Virus record (IMG/VR): IMGVR_UViG_3300020044_003143
Location: 1-24,841 of that record
Origin: a virus
Taxonomy: Duplodnaviria; Caudoviricetes
Strand: one strand, 5' to 3'
DNA: 24,841 nt
Part shown: positions 23,531 to 24,841 of the stretch, piece after piece
Layout: every line of letters begins with the position of its first letter
How positions within the stretch are numbered: the stretch's first letter is position 1
Program-made: the position numbers and the translations under genes
The notes under the pieces: generated by a model
Databases searched by the model: none
Seen by the model: only the letters and a program-made list of their open reading frames with translations
What the model was told of the DNA's origin: nothing

Positions 23531-23865
23531 GATTCTTGCCTAGAATATAAATTTTCAATCATCTCTTTTGACCAAACTGCTTTTCTGAATTTTTCAGTGG
23601 TTAGAAATGGCTCCCAAACATGGTCACTAAACTCTAGTTCAGAATAAGGTTCCTCCGTATAATCATCACAATCATTATCTAAAAATTCTTTAGATAATTT
23701 AAGGCAAAATCCAATATTAGATAATTTCCTAAGTTCGCAACGATAAGGATCGCCAAATTCATCGATAGCCCAAAACAAGTCACGTTCAGAATTTGCTCCA
23801 ACTACTCCGTAATAACCAGTTGGAATACCTTCATCATTAATAAATCTAAAGGCATATACTTTCAT
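23527..23865 (-). CDS. Hypothetical protein
   Basis: 112-aa acidic ORF with ATGA overlaps at both ends. Confidence 0.7.
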   Translation of the reverse strand: MKVYAFRFINDEGIPTGYYGVVGANSERDLFWAIDEFGDPYRCELRKLSNIGFCLKLSKEFLDNDCDDYTEEPYSELEFSDHVWEPFLTTEKFRKAVWSKEMIENLYSRQES

Positions 23866-24146
23866 TCCACACCTGTTCCTGGATCTCCTACAACTGGAGT
23901 TGGTAGTTGAACTGCATATGGGTTATTGGGTGATAATGGTGATACTGTACTGCCATAGTTACCATAAGGATTATTTATAGATTCTGGGCTATATTTAGAT
24001 CCATAAGTGCCATAAGGATTATTAGTTGAGTCAACAGCATACTTAGATCCACCTAACTGGCCAAGATACTCGCCATTAGGTCCACGTAGTTCTACAGCGC
24101 TTACTGATGTACTTAGTAGCAATAAAGCAATTAATTTAATTTTCAT
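23862..24146 (-). CDS. Secreted NPYG/YGS-repeat protein (paralogue B)
   Basis: Signal MKIKLIALLLLSTSVSA; YLGQL...NNPYGTYGSKYS...NNPYGNYGS...SPNNPY; AAGGAG SD. Confidence 0.8.
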   Translation of the reverse strand: MKIKLIALLLLSTSVSAVELRGPNGEYLGQLGGSKYAVDSTNNPYGTYGSKYSPESINNPYGNYGSTVSPLSPNNPYAVQLPTPVVGDPGTGVE

Positions 24147-24178
24147 GTGATAGCTCCTTAAGTGTTTTTTGTTTATCT

Positions 24179-24478
24179 TTAAATACTGTCATCTTTCTTA
24201 TCCCTCTCTGCTAACATTGCGTCTGCCATGTCGTAAGACAACTTAACACTCATATCTGTATTAAATTTATTAAGTGTTATAAATCCCTGCATCGCCAAGC
24301 CAGCAAAGTGATCTCGTAGGGATATTCCTTCTCGTATATCTTCTCGCATATCTTCTCGTAACTTACTATTTTCTTCTGCTAATTTAAGTATGTGCTTATC
24401 ACGCTCATGTAGTTTTGTTTTAACCCACTTTAATTCCAAATCCATAGGTATTTCTAATCTTTCATATTCAACGCTCAT
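24179..24478 (-). CDS. Conserved phage early protein (LRDxFA...AMQG...ADAML type)
   Basis: GISLRDHFAGLAMQG...SYDMADAMLAER; contains a 12-bp tandem repeat at 24328-24360 (REDM/REDI). Confidence 0.75.
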   Translation of the reverse strand: MSVEYERLEIPMDLELKWVKTKLHERDKHILKLAEENSKLREDMREDIREGISLRDHFAGLAMQGFITLNKFNTDMSVKLSYDMADAMLAERDKKDDSI

Positions 24479-24615
24479 CTCATCCTCCAGTACATGCTGT
24501 GCAGGGCTTTAGTAGCTCTTTGTTTATGTGGGATATACTCAAATTTATAGTTGTTACATTCTCTTTTAGCATCTAAAAACCATGCTATGCGACACCACTT
24601 ATTTTTAATTTTCAT
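24475..24615 (-). CDS. Small basic hypothetical protein, 46 aa
   Basis: ATG 24615 follows GGAGGTGGGGG and overlaps the upstream stop (ATGA), a better start than 24660. Confidence 0.55.
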   Translation of the reverse strand: MKIKNKWCRIAWFLDAKRECNNYKFEYIPHKQRATKALHSMYWRMR

Positions 24616-24841
24616 CCCCCACCTCCAATGCCGTGTGCTTTTTCTACTCTTCTTATCCATCTAATGACGTATCTGACTTGATGATCGTCCATATTTTCAA
24701 CAACCCCTTCTTTATCAAGAGCATATATAACATCTTCTGTTAAGGGTTTGGGTGGTGCAAACTCATTGACCCCTTGTCTAAACCCTTTCCCATACCATTC
24801 AATCTTTGTTTCTGCTAAAAGAGGCTCAGGCTCTTGCTCAG
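24612..24841 (-). CDS. 3' part of a phage early hypothetical protein (partial)
   Basis: Open frame from the window edge: EQEPEP...KPLTEDVI...VEKAHGIGGG-stop. Confidence 0.65.
   Translation of the reverse strand, partial: EQEPEPLLAETKIEWYGKGFRQGVNEFAPPKPLTEDVIYALDKEGVVENMDDHQVRYVIRWIRRVEKAHGIGGGG

Larger units (their letters stand above)
1..24841. mobile_element. Temperate podovirus-type phage genome segment (late operon, integration module, early genes); probably the excised/attP form
   Basis: Contiguous terS-terL-portal-scaffold-capsid-adaptor-fibre-nozzle-ejection genes, no tape measure or tail tube, tyrosine integrase, and phage genes on both sides of the att core. Confidence 0.95.

Noticed and set aside
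22504-23543. + strand ORFs 22504-22719 and 23262-23543
   Set aside because: Antisense to the integrase and the PrtN-like gene, which have recognisable family motifs
24328-24360. 12-bp tandem repeat as a regulatory element
   Set aside because: In-frame slippage repeat encoding REDM/REDI in a coiled-coil linker

Overview
This window is part of a temperate, short-tailed (podovirus-type, P22/epsilon15-like gene order) phage genome. The + strand carries small accessory ORFs, a T4-type endolysin, a 2OG-Fe(II)/cupin-like oxygenase, terminase small and large subunits, two small membrane proteins, portal, scaffold, an SU10/DUF5309-type major capsid protein, adaptor, tail-fibre cassette, nozzle and ejection proteins. 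The - strand carries a tyrosine integrase, a PrtN-like probable excisionase and early genes. Between the integrase and the PrtN-like gene is a 5' fragment of dusA (HRFCVAPMLDWT) surrounded by repeated arm-like sites. Phage genes lie on both sides, so this looks like an intact attP of a dusA-integrating phage in its excised or circular form. Four features stand out. (1) Six covarying GNRA-tetraloop mini-hairpins sit in late-gene leaders, three of them covering the Shine-Dalgarno. (2) A 461-aa protein with DNA-glycosylase-like motifs and the same 'MAGLL' N-terminus as an ejection protein is inserted in the tail module, with a small convergent antisense gene. (3) Two paralogous secreted NPYG-repeat proteins flank the integration module. 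(4) The attP architecture can be read in detail. All family assignments come from motif recognition and synteny; no database search was run.
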